From Sphingomonadales bacterium (GTDB lineage: Bacteria > Pseudomonadota > Alphaproteobacteria > Sphingomonadales > Sphingomonadaceae), in assembly GCA_038228865.1 (NCBI GenBank), contig JBBROX010000001.1, positions 368,657-432,656 on the forward strand: 64,000 nucleotides of DNA, in the 5' to 3' direction. Position numbers and translations under genes: made by a program. Positions 1-9,657 of this stretch are shown one piece after another. The notes under the pieces are model-generated. The model did not search any database. It saw nothing but the letters and a program-made list of their open reading frames with translations, and was not told the origin of the DNA. How positions within the stretch are numbered: the stretch's first letter is position 1; each line of letters begins with the position of its first letter.

Positions 1-69
1 AACGTCACGACGGTGTGTTGATGCGTACGAGCATGACACCCGAGCTCACCGTCGATTTCCCGCCTGCTG

Positions 70-1830
70 TTGCATGCGCTGCTGAAGAGAGTTTTGTTGG
101 ACAACCACGACACCGCCTTGTGGTCCGATGACGTCGGAAGCGTCGAGGCGGAAAGCGGTTCGATCCTTCAAACCTCTGCGACATCGCTCGAGGCGGTCTT
201 GCGCAACGGGCAGCTGCTGTCGGGCGAAGCGCTCGACCGTGCCGTGCTGGTTCAGCGTGGCAGCGGCGAACGGCTCGATGCGGTGATTACCCGACTCGGC
301 CTGATGAGCGAGCTGCGCCTGGCAGAGATTATCGCCGGCGCCAGCGGACTGGAGCTGGTGGGGCAGGGCGATTATCCCGCCGAATGCGTCGGCGGCATTG
401 CCCTGTCGCTCGGATTTTTGCGGGAAATGCGCTGTGTGCCGGTCGCTGCAAGTGAACGACGGGTCGTCATTGCAACCGTCGATCCGTTCGATCCCTTTCT
501 TGCCCAGTCCATGGCATTCATGTTCGCGCGGCCAACGCTGCTGCGCATCGGGCGCGGCAGCGATATCGATGCGGCAATTGATCGGCTCTATCGGTCGGAC
601 CTGCCCGAGACCGATGTCGATGCGCAGGTTGAAGGCGAAGACCTCGAGCGTCTGAAGGATCTGGTCAGCGACGCGCCGGTCATCCGCGCCGTCAATCGCA
701 TGATCGCAATGGCGTCCGACGCGCGGGCGTCGGACATTCATGTGGAACCGACCGACGACAGCCTGGCGATTAGGTTTCGGATCGACGGCCTGTTGCGCGA
801 CATGCCGCCGCTTCCTGCCGCCATGCGCGCGCCCGTCGTCTCGCGAATCAAGATCATGGCGGGACTCGACATCGCCGAGCGGCGGCTTCCCCAGGACGGC
901 CGGCTTCGGCTTGCCGTGCGCGGGCATGAAATCGATCTGCGTGTCGCGACCGCCCCATCGATCCATGGTGAAAGCGTCGTCATGCGCATCCTGGATCGGT
1001 CGCAGCTGGCGCTCGACTTCGGTACCCTCGGCTTCTCGGAAGAGCTGACCACGCAATTGCGAAAGGCGATTCACACGCCGCATGGCATCGTGCTCGTGAC
1101 GGGTCCTACGGGTAGCGGCAAGACCACGACACTTTATGCCGCGCTCGCCGAGCTCAATCGGCCCGAAAGGAAGCTGCTGACGGTCGAGGATCCGATCGAA
1201 TATCGCTTGCCCGGCGTGATCCAGACGCAGGTCAATCCTGCCATCGGGTTTACATTCGGGTCTGCGTTACGGTCATTTCTGCGCCAAGATCCCGATGTCA
1301 TGATGGTCGGCGAAATTCGCGATCGTGAGACCGCCGAAATCGCAGTTCAGGCCGCACTTACCGGTCATATGATTCTGTCGACCCTGCACACCAACACGGC
1401 ACCGGGTGCTGTCACGCGTCTGCTCGACATGGGGATTGAGCCACTCCTCCTGAGTTCGGTTCTGACCGGCGTGATTGCCCAACGCCTGGTGCGCCGGCTT
1501 TGCGAAGCCTGCCGTGACCCCTATCCGACCGACGAAGCCCTGCTGCCGCTTTTCGCGCGCGCTAACATCCCCGTGCCACCGCAGATTTTCAGGCCGGTCG
1601 GTTGCCCGAAGTGTAGCAATTCCGGTTATTCGGGTCGTATCGCGATTTTCGAGATGCTGAGCATCGACAGCCAGATTGCCGCGCTGATCCTGGCCCGATC
1701 CGACACGCGTGCGATTGCCGCGGCGGCCGAAGGCAAGGCGATGCGGTCTCTGCTCGCCGACGGAATGCGCCGCGTCGCCGAAGGACGAACTTCGATCGAA
1801 GAGGTTCTGCGCGTCGTGAGCGAAGAATAG
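70..1830 (+). CDS. gspE: Type II secretion system ATPase GspE/PulE with degenerate N-terminal MshEN-like domain
   Basis: Walker A GPTGSGKTTT, TVEDPIEY, Walker B LRQDPDVMMVGEIRD, His box LSTLHTN, tetracysteine LCEAC...GCPKC. Start codon uncertain (TTG at 70). Confidence 0.95.
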   Translation: MHALLKRVLLDNHDTALWSDDVGSVEAESGSILQTSATSLEAVLRNGQLLSGEALDRAVLVQRGSGERLDAVITRLGLMSELRLAEIIAGASGLELVGQGDYPAECVGGIALSLGFLREMRCVPVAASERRVVIATVDPFDPFLAQSMAFMFARPTLLRIGRGSDIDAAIDRLYRSDLPETDVDAQVEGEDLERLKDLVSDAPVIRAVNRMIAMASDARASDIHVEPTDDSLAIRFRIDGLLRDMPPLPAAMRAPVVSRIKIMAGLDIAERRLPQDGRLRLAVRGHEIDLRVATAPSIHGESVVMRILDRSQLALDFGTLGFSEELTTQLRKAIHTPHGIVLVTGPTGSGKTTTLYAALAELNRPERKLLTVEDPIEYRLPGVIQTQVNPAIGFTFGSALRSFLRQDPDVMMVGEIRDRETAEIAVQAALTGHMILSTLHTNTAPGAVTRLLDMGIEPLLLSSVLTGVIAQRLVRRLCEACRDPYPTDEALLPLFARANIPVPPQIFRPVGCPKCSNSGYSGRIAIFEMLSIDSQIAALILARSDTRAIAAAAEGKAMRSLLADGMRRVAEGRTSIEEVLRVVSEE

Positions 1831-1833
1831 CCT

Positions 1834-3045
1834 GTGCCCGCGTTTCAATATCGCTCGGTGTTGCCCAACGGCACATCCCGTCGCGGGGCTGTCGACGCCG
1901 CTGATCTGAACCAGGCGATTGCGACGCTGCGCGCCGAGGGCGGCATTCTTCTCGACGTCCAGCCGATGCGCGCGCCCTCCCGGTCGGGCGCGGCACATCC
2001 CAATGCCGCATCGAGTAATGCGCTCGCGCTGATGATCGGCGAGCTCGCTGTCCTGCTGAGGGCAGGCTTGCCGCTCGATCGTGCGCTTGCACTCGCCATC
2101 GGCAATATCGAGTCCGCGAAACTGGCCGCGCAATTCGCGCCCTTGCTGGCTGCTGTGCGCGAAGGGCAATCGCTTTCGGGTGCCTTCTCCAAGGCCCCCG
2201 AGCTCGTCAGCCCGACGGCGGTCGCCATGACCGAAGCGGGCGAGGCAAGCGGCAAGCTGTCGGAGGCGTTGACGCGGCTCGCCGAAATGCTCGAACGTGC
2301 CGCCGAACTGCGTCGACTCGTTGTCACATCACTCATTTATCCGATCGCGCTGTTCGTTATCGCCATCAGCGTGGTTCTGTTGATGCTGCTGGCAGTTGTG
2401 CCTCAGTTCGAGGCAGTGATGGGCAAGAACGCAGCGCAGCTTCCGGCAGCGTCGCAAGCGGTACTTTGGGCAAGCCGCGCGTTGCGGGCCAACGGGCTGC
2501 TTCTTGTGTTCGGCCTTTTGCTCGCCGGTATCGGCTTCCGCTTTGTCCTCGCACGCGAAACGGTGCGTGCCAACATCGACCGCCTGGTGCTGCGCCTGCC
2601 GCTTGTCGGCCCGTTGCTTCAGCGCCTCGAAACGGCGCGTTTCGCCCGGACGCTTGGCGCCTTGGTCGAGGGGCAGGTGTCGCTGCCGGTTGCGGCATCG
2701 CTGGCGCAACGAACGATTCGCAACGCCCATATGAAGGCGGCCATGTCGAAAATCGTCGTCGGGATACGGGAGGGCGATGGGCTTACCGTGCCCCTGGCCG
2801 CAGCACGCATCTTTCCCGATATTGCGGTCGGGTTCGTGCGGACGGGTGAGGAAAGCTCGCAGCTGGGGATGATGCTTACGCGTCTTGCCGACGTGCTCGA
2901 CCGCGACGTCCGGGTGCGGCTCACGCGTGTCGTTGCGATCCTGACGCCGCTGATCACCGTGATCCTTGGCGCATCGGTCGCCGGGATCATCGCATCGATC
3001 ATGTCTGCCATTCTGGGCTTCAACGACCTGGCGGTCGCGCAATGA
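1834..3045 (+). CDS. gspF: Type II secretion system inner-membrane platform protein GspF
   Basis: MPAFQYR N-terminus; LAVLLRAGLPLDRAL; GEASGKL and GEESSQL repeats; three TM segments; directly after gspE. Confidence 0.93.
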   Translation: MPAFQYRSVLPNGTSRRGAVDAADLNQAIATLRAEGGILLDVQPMRAPSRSGAAHPNAASSNALALMIGELAVLLRAGLPLDRALALAIGNIESAKLAAQFAPLLAAVREGQSLSGAFSKAPELVSPTAVAMTEAGEASGKLSEALTRLAEMLERAAELRRLVVTSLIYPIALFVIAISVVLLMLLAVVPQFEAVMGKNAAQLPAASQAVLWASRALRANGLLLVFGLLLAGIGFRFVLARETVRANIDRLVLRLPLVGPLLQRLETARFARTLGALVEGQVSLPVAASLAQRTIRNAHMKAAMSKIVVGIREGDGLTVPLAAARIFPDIAVGFVRTGEESSQLGMMLTRLADVLDRDVRVRLTRVVAILTPLITVILGASVAGIIASIMSAILGFNDLAVAQ

Positions 3046-3476
3046 GCACGCGTCGTTGCGCAGTCAAGGCGCCCAGTTCGGCGGGGTTTACGCTCCTGGA
3101 GTTGCTTGTCACCATCGGCGTCATGGGCCTCATCGCCGGTATCGGATTTGCCGCAATCGACCGTGCAATGGCGGCGCAGGCCTTTCGGACCGCAACGCTC
3201 CAGATCGATCGTTCGGTACGCACTGCGCATGCAGATGCGATCCGCGAAAATCGAACAATCGTCGTTGCGCCGTTCGTTTCCCGCGACCCACGCGCGGCCG
3301 TTGCGACGGCCTCCGGTCCGTTTGCAACCGAGATCCGGATCGAGCAATCCGCCGCCATCCGATTCTTCAGCGATGGCACATCGACAGGTGGCACAATTCG
3401 CGTCTCGTCCGGCCGACGCCGTTTCGAGATTGCCATAGATCCCACCACCGGCGTCATCGCGTCGGGCGCGGCATGA
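3042..3476 (+). CDS. gspH: Minor pseudopilin, GspH/FimT-like
   Basis: Type IV prepilin cleavage motif AG|FTLLELLV; C-terminal IRFFSDGTSTGG typical of GspH; 4-bp overlap with gspF. Confidence 0.8.
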   Translation: MSTRRCAVKAPSSAGFTLLELLVTIGVMGLIAGIGFAAIDRAMAAQAFRTATLQIDRSVRTAHADAIRENRTIVVAPFVSRDPRAAVATASGPFATEIRIEQSAAIRFFSDGTSTGGTIRVSSGRRRFEIAIDPTTGVIASGAA

Positions 3477-3847
3477 AGGCCAGGCTGATCCGGACGGAGG
3501 CGGGCTTCGCGCTCGTCGAAACGCTGATCGCAGCGGCGATCATAGCCACCATGGCGGGAGTATTCTTTCAGATCATCGCAAGTCACGCCCAATCGGTCCA
3601 GGCCATGGCTGATCGGCGCGCCGCCGCCATGGTCGCCCGTTCCGCGCTCGATGCCGCAATAGGCGATAACGAAGGCATCCTGGCAAGGCGCGGTACCGAT
3701 TCCCGCCTTCAATGGCAGGTCACCATCGATCCCTATGAGCCGCGCGCCGGAACCGCGCCGCCCCTCGATATCGTGACAGTGACCGTGACGGTGACGGGTG
3801 CCCGTCGACCTGTTCTCCGCCTCAGCTCGCTGAGGGTCGGGCGATGA
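3473..3847 (+). CDS. gspI: Minor pseudopilin, GspI-like
   Basis: ATG at 3473 (MKARLIRTEAG|FALVETLIA), in frame with track ORF 2966..3847; prepilin motif; coupled to both neighbours. Confidence 0.75.
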   Translation: MKARLIRTEAGFALVETLIAAAIIATMAGVFFQIIASHAQSVQAMADRRAAAMVARSALDAAIGDNEGILARRGTDSRLQWQVTIDPYEPRAGTAPPLDIVTVTVTVTGARRPVLRLSSLRVGR

Positions 3848-4521
3848 ACTGGGACCGGCTGCGCGCGCAACGGGGCTTCACGCTCGTCGAAATGCTTGTC
3901 AGCCTTGCAATCCTTGCGATGATGACGGCGATGCTCCTGAATGGACTACAGTCCGTTGCCATGTTCGGCGCGCGTAGCGTTCAAAAGCTCGACGACGACG
4001 ACGAGATCGCGGCGGGACAGCGCGTGTTGCGCGACAGGATCGAACAACTGCGTGCGGTCCTCAATCGCTTTAGCCAAACCCCGATCATCGATGCCGGCGG
4101 CGACGAAAGCAGTTTTTCATTTGTTGGGCCGCCGATCGCCAGCGGGGAACCCGACGGTTTGTGGCGCTATCGCATTCAAGCCACCCCGGCGGGTGATCTG
4201 GTGCTCTACACCGCGAATATTCTCGACGACCGTTACAACTTCGCCGAACGCGATTTGCGCGGATGGCGGGCGCGGAAAATCCTCGATAACGTCCAGACAC
4301 TGCGCCTCACCTATTTCGGTCCGCAGCGTGTCGGTGGCGGCACTGGCTGGCAAAGCACCTGGCAGTACCGTCCGCAACCGCCGGCACTTGTCCGAATCCG
4401 TGTCGAGCTCCGCGCTGGGGACCATCGACACTGGCCAGACTTGATCGTCAGGCCCCGCGCGACGGAAAACACGGCTTGCACAATCAATGCGCTGACCGGG
4501 CGTTGCGGTGGCGCGTCGTGA
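3844..4521 (+). CDS. gspJ: Minor pseudopilin, GspJ-like
   Basis: QRG|FTLVEMLVSLAIL prepilin motif; C-terminal W...W...PALVRIRV typical of GspJ. Confidence 0.78.
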   Translation: MNWDRLRAQRGFTLVEMLVSLAILAMMTAMLLNGLQSVAMFGARSVQKLDDDDEIAAGQRVLRDRIEQLRAVLNRFSQTPIIDAGGDESSFSFVGPPIASGEPDGLWRYRIQATPAGDLVLYTANILDDRYNFAERDLRGWRARKILDNVQTLRLTYFGPQRVGGGTGWQSTWQYRPQPPALVRIRVELRAGDHRHWPDLIVRPRATENTACTINALTGRCGGAS

Positions 4522-5549
4522 ATTTGAACGAAGTCCTCAACAGCGATCTGGGCACGATATTGCGCGGCCTGCGCCGGGGGTTCGACTGGTGGATCGACGA
4601 ACTCGCGACGTTGGTGCCGCAATCGGTACAGTCGTGGAGCACACGCACGCAGATATTGCTGCTGTTCGACGGTTCAAACGGGTTCGAAACAGTGGATGGC
4701 AGTCCCGTCAACGTCGCGGGTGGTGAACCGATAAGCAGCGACGCGACTGTTCTGCTTGGCCAGGGACAAGCTCTGACCCGCACGGTCACGACGCCGGCGA
4801 TGACGCGCAGCGAGCTCGAGCGGATGTTGACCTTGAACGCCGAACGCTATTTTCCGCTCCCGGGAAATTCCGTGCTTATCGCCAGCAAGATCCGGCCCGA
4901 TGTCGCCGAGGATGGAACCAGAACCAGTGATCTGGCCGCCATCACCTTGTCGCAGGCAGGGGCGCTTGCGCACGTGCTTCAACGGGGCGATATTCGGCCC
5001 CGCGCGGTGCGACTTGCACTAGGCAAGCATCTGCCCGACCCTCGTTTCGACTTTCTTCCCGCGATGCAAGCCGCCGGGTTGATGGCCAATCCCCGGAAGG
5101 ACTATCGCATGTGGTGGATCCTTGTCGGCGCGCTTGCGGCGCTTAACGGTGCCACATTGATCTGGCGCGATGCGGCCGCCGTCGAACGCTGGCAGACCCT
5201 TGTCGATGCGCAGCGTCCAGCCGTATCGGTGGCGCAGAGGATTGTGGCGCGAATGCGCGTCACCGGAGAGATTGCGCAGCGCGCCAGCATCCGCCGGCGT
5301 CGTCACGATCCGCTCGCTACTCTTGCCTTGACGACGGCCGCCATCCCCGACGGTGCATGGGTTCAGCGATATTCATGGGACGGAATCACATTGCGGTTGA
5401 CTGGTTATCGATCGCGGGAGACGGACGTTGGCGGGGCGCTGCGTGCGGTTCCCGGCTTTGCCAATGTCAAAAGCGCTCAAACTGATTCAATTTCTGAAAC
5501 GGCAACGGGACAACCGTTCGACCTTGTCGCCGAAATCGGTGGGCGCTGA
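4518..5549 (+). CDS. gspL: GspL/PilN-like assembly platform protein
   Basis: GTG at 4518 overlapping the gspJ stop; FDWWIDEL N-terminus; one TM followed by a PilN-like periplasmic domain (IPDGAWVQRYSW..LRLTGY). Confidence 0.7.
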   Translation: MNLNEVLNSDLGTILRGLRRGFDWWIDELATLVPQSVQSWSTRTQILLLFDGSNGFETVDGSPVNVAGGEPISSDATVLLGQGQALTRTVTTPAMTRSELERMLTLNAERYFPLPGNSVLIASKIRPDVAEDGTRTSDLAAITLSQAGALAHVLQRGDIRPRAVRLALGKHLPDPRFDFLPAMQAAGLMANPRKDYRMWWILVGALAALNGATLIWRDAAAVERWQTLVDAQRPAVSVAQRIVARMRVTGEIAQRASIRRRRHDPLATLALTTAAIPDGAWVQRYSWDGITLRLTGYRSRETDVGGALRAVPGFANVKSAQTDSISETATGQPFDLVAEIGGR

Positions 5550-5553
5550 CGAC

Positions 5554-6105
5554 ATGCTTGTTCTTTCACGACGGGAGCGCAAGCTGGTCGCCCTGCTCAT
5601 CCTGTTTGCGATCCTCGGGCTTGTCTGGCTCGTCATCGTCGGTCCCATTTTTTCCGGGTTTAGCGAGCGCGCCGCAAATCGTGCGATGCTTATTCAGCAA
5701 TATCAGGCCAACCAGCGTGTGATCGGTTCGATCCCGCGGCTGCGGCGACAGGCCGAGCGTCAGCGTGAACAACTGCGCAACTTTGGGATGACCGCGCCGA
5801 CGCAAGCGGCGGCTGTCGTGGCGCTTCAGGATCGTGTGCAGCGCGCCATCGGCGATGCGGACGGTGAAGTGCGGTCGGTCGAGGATGTGTCCGACGGCAC
5901 GTCGCAAATCCGGGTTCGAGCGTCGGCACGCATGACGCTTGCCCAGATGACGACCATAATCCAGCGGCTCGGTAACGACTCGCCTTATCTCGTTGTGGAA
6001 AGCTTGCAGGTTTCGGCTGATCAGGCGGCAATCAGTGGTCGGCTCGATGTCATGGAGGTCGGTTTTGAAGTTTCGGTTCCCTATGTCGGTACCCAATCGC
6101 GCTGA
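5554..6105 (+). CDS. gspM: GspM-like assembly platform protein
   Basis: ATG at 5554 (MLVLSRRERKLVALLIL), matching the GspM LSxRER+TM signature; coiled coil; follows gspL. Confidence 0.72.
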   Translation: MLVLSRRERKLVALLILFAILGLVWLVIVGPIFSGFSERAANRAMLIQQYQANQRVIGSIPRLRRQAERQREQLRNFGMTAPTQAAAVVALQDRVQRAIGDADGEVRSVEDVSDGTSQIRVRASARMTLAQMTTIIQRLGNDSPYLVVESLQVSADQAAISGRLDVMEVGFEVSVPYVGTQSR

Positions 6106-6577
6106 CGACACGATCTTGCCGGCCGTACTGGCGGGCTTGCTTGCCGTCTTGCTTGCCGTCCAGCTTTTGCTGTCGGGTGCCGATCCCGACTTGCCGCCAG
6201 CACTTGCCGTGAGCGCTTCACGGACCAAGACGACCATTCCGGAGATGGCGCCGGTCGTTGCCGCGCGCGTGATTTTCGACCGGCCGCTCTTTGCGCCGCG
6301 CCAGTCGCTCACCGCAGCATTGCGTACTGGCGCTGCCTCGATGATCGGTGGGGCGCTCGTTGCGGGAACAGTCTCGATTCGCGGGCGCAGCTTTGCCGTC
6401 GTACGGCGGGCAAATGGTGATGTCATGAATCTTGGCATCGGCGGTGTGATCGACGGCTGGCGGCTGGTCGCGCTGCAGGCCGGCGGTGCCGTCTTCGTGA
6501 AGGGCAAGGAAAGTCGCGTGCTCGCCTATGGTGCAGCGGCGTTTGCGCCTGCCGAAGAGGATGCACCCAGCGAGTGA
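6083..6577 (+). CDS. T2SS accessory protein (GspC/GspN-like), N-terminal TM
   Basis: ATG at 6083; N-terminal hydrophobic helix, Pro-rich linker, RPLFAP motif and a short beta-rich domain; sits inside the operon. Confidence 0.5.
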   Translation: MSVPNRADDTILPAVLAGLLAVLLAVQLLLSGADPDLPPALAVSASRTKTTIPEMAPVVAARVIFDRPLFAPRQSLTAALRTGAASMIGGALVAGTVSIRGRSFAVVRRANGDVMNLGIGGVIDGWRLVALQAGGAVFVKGKESRVLAYGAAAFAPAEEDAPSE

Positions 6578-7449
6578 ACATGATTCGACCGACGCCGCCT
6601 GAGATCAAAGCCCGGGGAGAAGCCGGCTACGCACTCGTGGCTGCCGTGGTTGCGATCCTGTTCTTTGCAACAGTCGCGCTCGGCGTGCTCAGCTTTACGC
6701 AGCGGGCACTGGTGACCGGCGGCGCCGAAATCGACGCCGCGCGCGCCGCCGCCGCCGCAGATGCCGGCATGGCGATTGCCCTTCGGGGACTCCTCGCCGA
6801 TGGGCCCGAAAGTGCGTTTCCGATCGACGGTACGCCGCGTCAGTTTCGCTTCGACGGCGCGACGCTTCTGATCGAGGTGAGCGATGAGCGCGGTAAGGTG
6901 CCCCTCAATCTTCTCGAGGAGCAGCAGCTGACATTGTTGCTGGAGAGCGCGGGACTGTCGGGCGAGCCATTGGCGGTGGCGCGCGACTCTTTTCTCGACT
7001 GGATCGACGATGACGACGAACCGCGGCCTAACGGGGCGGAACGCGACTATTACCGGGGGCAGGGGCTGGTTCCGCGCAACGCCGGCTTTCTGACGCTGGG
7101 CGAACTCGGTCGTGTCCGTGGCTTCTCGCCCGCGACCGTGCAGAAAATTGCGAGCGTCGCAACAGCGGACTTCGGAAATGGCAGTTTCGATGCCCGTACG
7201 GCTAAACCTGCTGCAATTGCTATCATGTATCCCGGTGGTGACGCGGCAATCGATGAAATCCTGCGGGCACGCGAGGCACAGCATCAGGTTACGGCGCTTG
7301 ACTTCACCAATCGTCCGAGCCGCATCGCGCGCCCCATGACGATCGCCGTCAGGGCCAGCTATCCGACAGGCGCGGTAACGACGCGACGCTGCGTCGTGGA
7401 ACTGACCGGCGCCGCGCGTCGTCCCTTTGTGGTGCGCCATTGCGCTTAG
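6574..7449 (+). CDS. gspK: Minor pseudopilin GspK
   Basis: EAG|YAL atypical prepilin motif; DERGKVPLN, LDWIDDDD, GAERDYY, PRNAGFLTLGEL motifs of T2SSK. Confidence 0.9.
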   Translation: MNMIRPTPPEIKARGEAGYALVAAVVAILFFATVALGVLSFTQRALVTGGAEIDAARAAAAADAGMAIALRGLLADGPESAFPIDGTPRQFRFDGATLLIEVSDERGKVPLNLLEEQQLTLLLESAGLSGEPLAVARDSFLDWIDDDDEPRPNGAERDYYRGQGLVPRNAGFLTLGELGRVRGFSPATVQKIASVATADFGNGSFDARTAKPAAIAIMYPGGDAAIDEILRAREAQHQVTALDFTNRPSRIARPMTIAVRASYPTGAVTTRRCVVELTGAARRPFVVRHCA

Positions 7450-8402
7450 CACCTGTTGCCGCCGCCTGCTCGGTGGTTGCCTGGTGCGCAGTCGCCGCGT
7501 TGGTCCTCGGACGCTTTGGCGGTCGATGCGACTCCTGCGATCTGGTGAACATCGGTCGTCCCTATTGGATCGCACTCGGCGTGATGGCTCTGCTGATCCT
7601 TGTCCTATTGCATCTCGCTTTGAAGCGCCGCTGGCGCGGCGTCGCGATAACCATGGTCTGCCTGGCCGCCGCGAGTATCGACGGCGCAGTCCCCGACGCG
7701 CGCGCCTGCGTGCCAGGCGATGCGATGCCGCACCTTCGCATCGTCGCATTCAACGCCTGGAAGGACAATGTTGCGCCACAAAGAGCGGCACAATGGCTGC
7801 GTCGCGCGCAGCCCGATGTGATTGTTCTTGTTGAAGCACAGGGGTCGGCGGCGTCGATAAGCGCATTGCTTTCGGCGGACTTTCCGTATCGTGTCGCATG
7901 CAACGCGGCTATGCGTTGCTCGACCCAGATCTTGTCCCGGCTGCGACCAATACAGTCGCAATCCTGGGCGCGCGGGGATGCCGAAAATCGCAAAGTGCTC
8001 TCTGCTACCGCAATGACGCTGCCGATATCGGCGCAACGTTCGGTGACCATTGTCGGAGTCCACTTGTCCCGGCTTTTGCCGCTGGGCCAGCAACGACACG
8101 AGCTTTCGACGCTGTCTCGACACCTGGCTGCGCTCGATAGCGCGCCCCTCATCGTGGCGGGTGACTTTAACGCCACGATCACGAACGCCTCGCTTCGCGA
8201 TTTTGCGGCGATCCATCGCCTCGAAAGCGCCCCCACCGGACCGACATGGCCCACGCCTGTTGTGCTTGCGGGCGTACCAAGCCTGATCGCAATCGACCAT
8301 ATTCTCGTGAACGAAAAAATTGGGGTCGCAACCAGCATGGCGGGACCTGTTATAGGGTCGGATCATCGCCCGATCTTGGCTGCCCTGTGCATCACCCCGT
8401 AA
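7440..8402 (+). CDS. Endonuclease/exonuclease/phosphatase (EEP) family protein with N-terminal TM helices
   Basis: FNAW, VIVLVEA, VAGDFNAT, IDHIL and GSDHRP motifs; 10-bp overlap with gspK. Confidence 0.85.
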   Translation: MRLAPVAAACSVVAWCAVAALVLGRFGGRCDSCDLVNIGRPYWIALGVMALLILVLLHLALKRRWRGVAITMVCLAAASIDGAVPDARACVPGDAMPHLRIVAFNAWKDNVAPQRAAQWLRRAQPDVIVLVEAQGSAASISALLSADFPYRVACNAAMRCSTQILSRLRPIQSQSWARGDAENRKVLSATAMTLPISAQRSVTIVGVHLSRLLPLGQQRHELSTLSRHLAALDSAPLIVAGDFNATITNASLRDFAAIHRLESAPTGPTWPTPVVLAGVPSLIAIDHILVNEKIGVATSMAGPVIGSDHRPILAALCITP

Positions 8403-8614
8403 ATGCGGAAATCTTGACCGCTCTCCTGCTGTTCCGGGCTGACCAGATCCCGATCCAACGAAAAACTATCTCGCTTCAGCTGCAGGATCATTGGATTTCG
8501 AAACTCTTGTGCACGCGATCATAACGAATTGGTGCCAGATCGACCTCCGAAAAGAAATGAGTTATTGCAGATCGATGACTCTGATATTACGTTCTACTAT
8601 GTTGAAGGTAGATT

Positions 8615-8839
8615 ATGTTTGATCGGCAGGAACGTTCGAGCGCCGCTAGAGCGGCAGACGACAGAGCTGCCGCAGAGAGTAGGTCGGTCGAACGCGTTGT
8701 TGTAAAGGATGTGGAAATGGTGCCCCTGCAATCGATCGGAAGTGCATCCGATCAGCAACCGGTTTCATTTATCGGGTGGTCAGGCGCAATGCTGATCGGC
8801 GCCGCCATGTGGATGGTCATCCTCGCTCAATTGACGTGA
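8615..8839 (+). CDS. Small hypothetical protein with C-terminal TM helix
   Basis: 74 aa; GAAGG 7-11 nt before the ATG; hydrophobic tail FIGWSGAMLIGAAMWMVILAQLT; fills an otherwise empty gap. Confidence 0.5.
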   Translation: MFDRQERSSAARAADDRAAAESRSVERVVVKDVEMVPLQSIGSASDQQPVSFIGWSGAMLIGAAMWMVILAQLT

Positions 8840-8880
8840 GCGGTCGCCGGCGCCTCCTGAAATCGGAGATCTGTGGAACC

Positions 8881-9657
8881 TTAATACGATCCTTTTGCCC
8901 AAAGCACCGTCGGCCCCGTCCGTAACAATATCGCCAAGTCGAGAAGCAGCGACTTGTTCCGAACATAATAGCAGTCGATGCTAACTCGACGACGATAGCT
9001 TACATCATTTCTTCCGCTCACCTGCCACAGGCCGGTGAGTCCCGGTCGCACCGAGCAATATGCCTCGAAGTAACGACCATAACGCGCGATTTCCGACGCC
9101 ACGATGGGGCGTGGTCCAACCAGACTCATGTCTCCCATGATGATATTGATCAGCTGCGGGAATTCGTCGAGGCTCAGTTTTCGGATCTGCGCACCAAGGC
9201 GGGTAATTCGCGGATCGTTCCGAAGTTTGTGATCGCGCGCCCATTCCAGACGAGCCGCGCTCGAGTTGAGAAAATGCTGCTGCAGCGCAACGTCGGCGTC
9301 CTTGCACATCGTCCGGAACTTTATGCACGGAAATTCCCGCCCGCCGCGTCCGATCCGTCGCTGGACAAAGAACAAGGGGCCGGGGCTGTCGATCACGATC
9401 AGACATGCCAACAAGCATAAAAACGGCAAGGCGATCAGCAGAATGACGGACGCGCCAAGGATATCGATCATTCGCGAGATTCGTGCCGACGACAGCGATG
9501 GTAACAATAACGTTGGGCTTCTGCGCCCATTGCTCGTCCAACGGTCGAGCGCGCGTCCGCGATCATATGCAGTTGCATGTTGCACCGGCCGCGATTCGGA
9601 ACTGTCGTCCCCGCCGACATCGGGGATGTCGCAAACGTAGTCGCTGACGAGCGTCAT
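8881..9657 (-). CDS. Priming glycosyltransferase (Bac_transf; ExoY/WcaJ-like sugar-phosphate transferase)
   Basis: [48 protein letters not shown] motifs. Confidence 0.93.
   Translation of the reverse strand: MTLVSDYVCDIPDVGGDDSSESRPVQHATAYDRGRALDRWTSNGRRSPTLLLPSLSSARISRMIDILGASVILLIALPFLCLLACLIVIDSPGPLFFVQRRIGRGGREFPCIKFRTMCKDADVALQQHFLNSSAARLEWARDHKLRNDPRITRLGAQIRKLSLDEFPQLINIIMGDMSLVGPRPIVASEIARYGRYFEAYCSVRPGLTGLWQVSGRNDVSYRRRVSIDCYYVRNKSLLLDLAILLRTGPTVLWAKGSY

Noticed and set aside
6742-6760. (GCC)n tract in gspK as a phase-variable repeat
   Set aside because: It is a short in-frame poly-Ala codon run, common in GC-rich genes.
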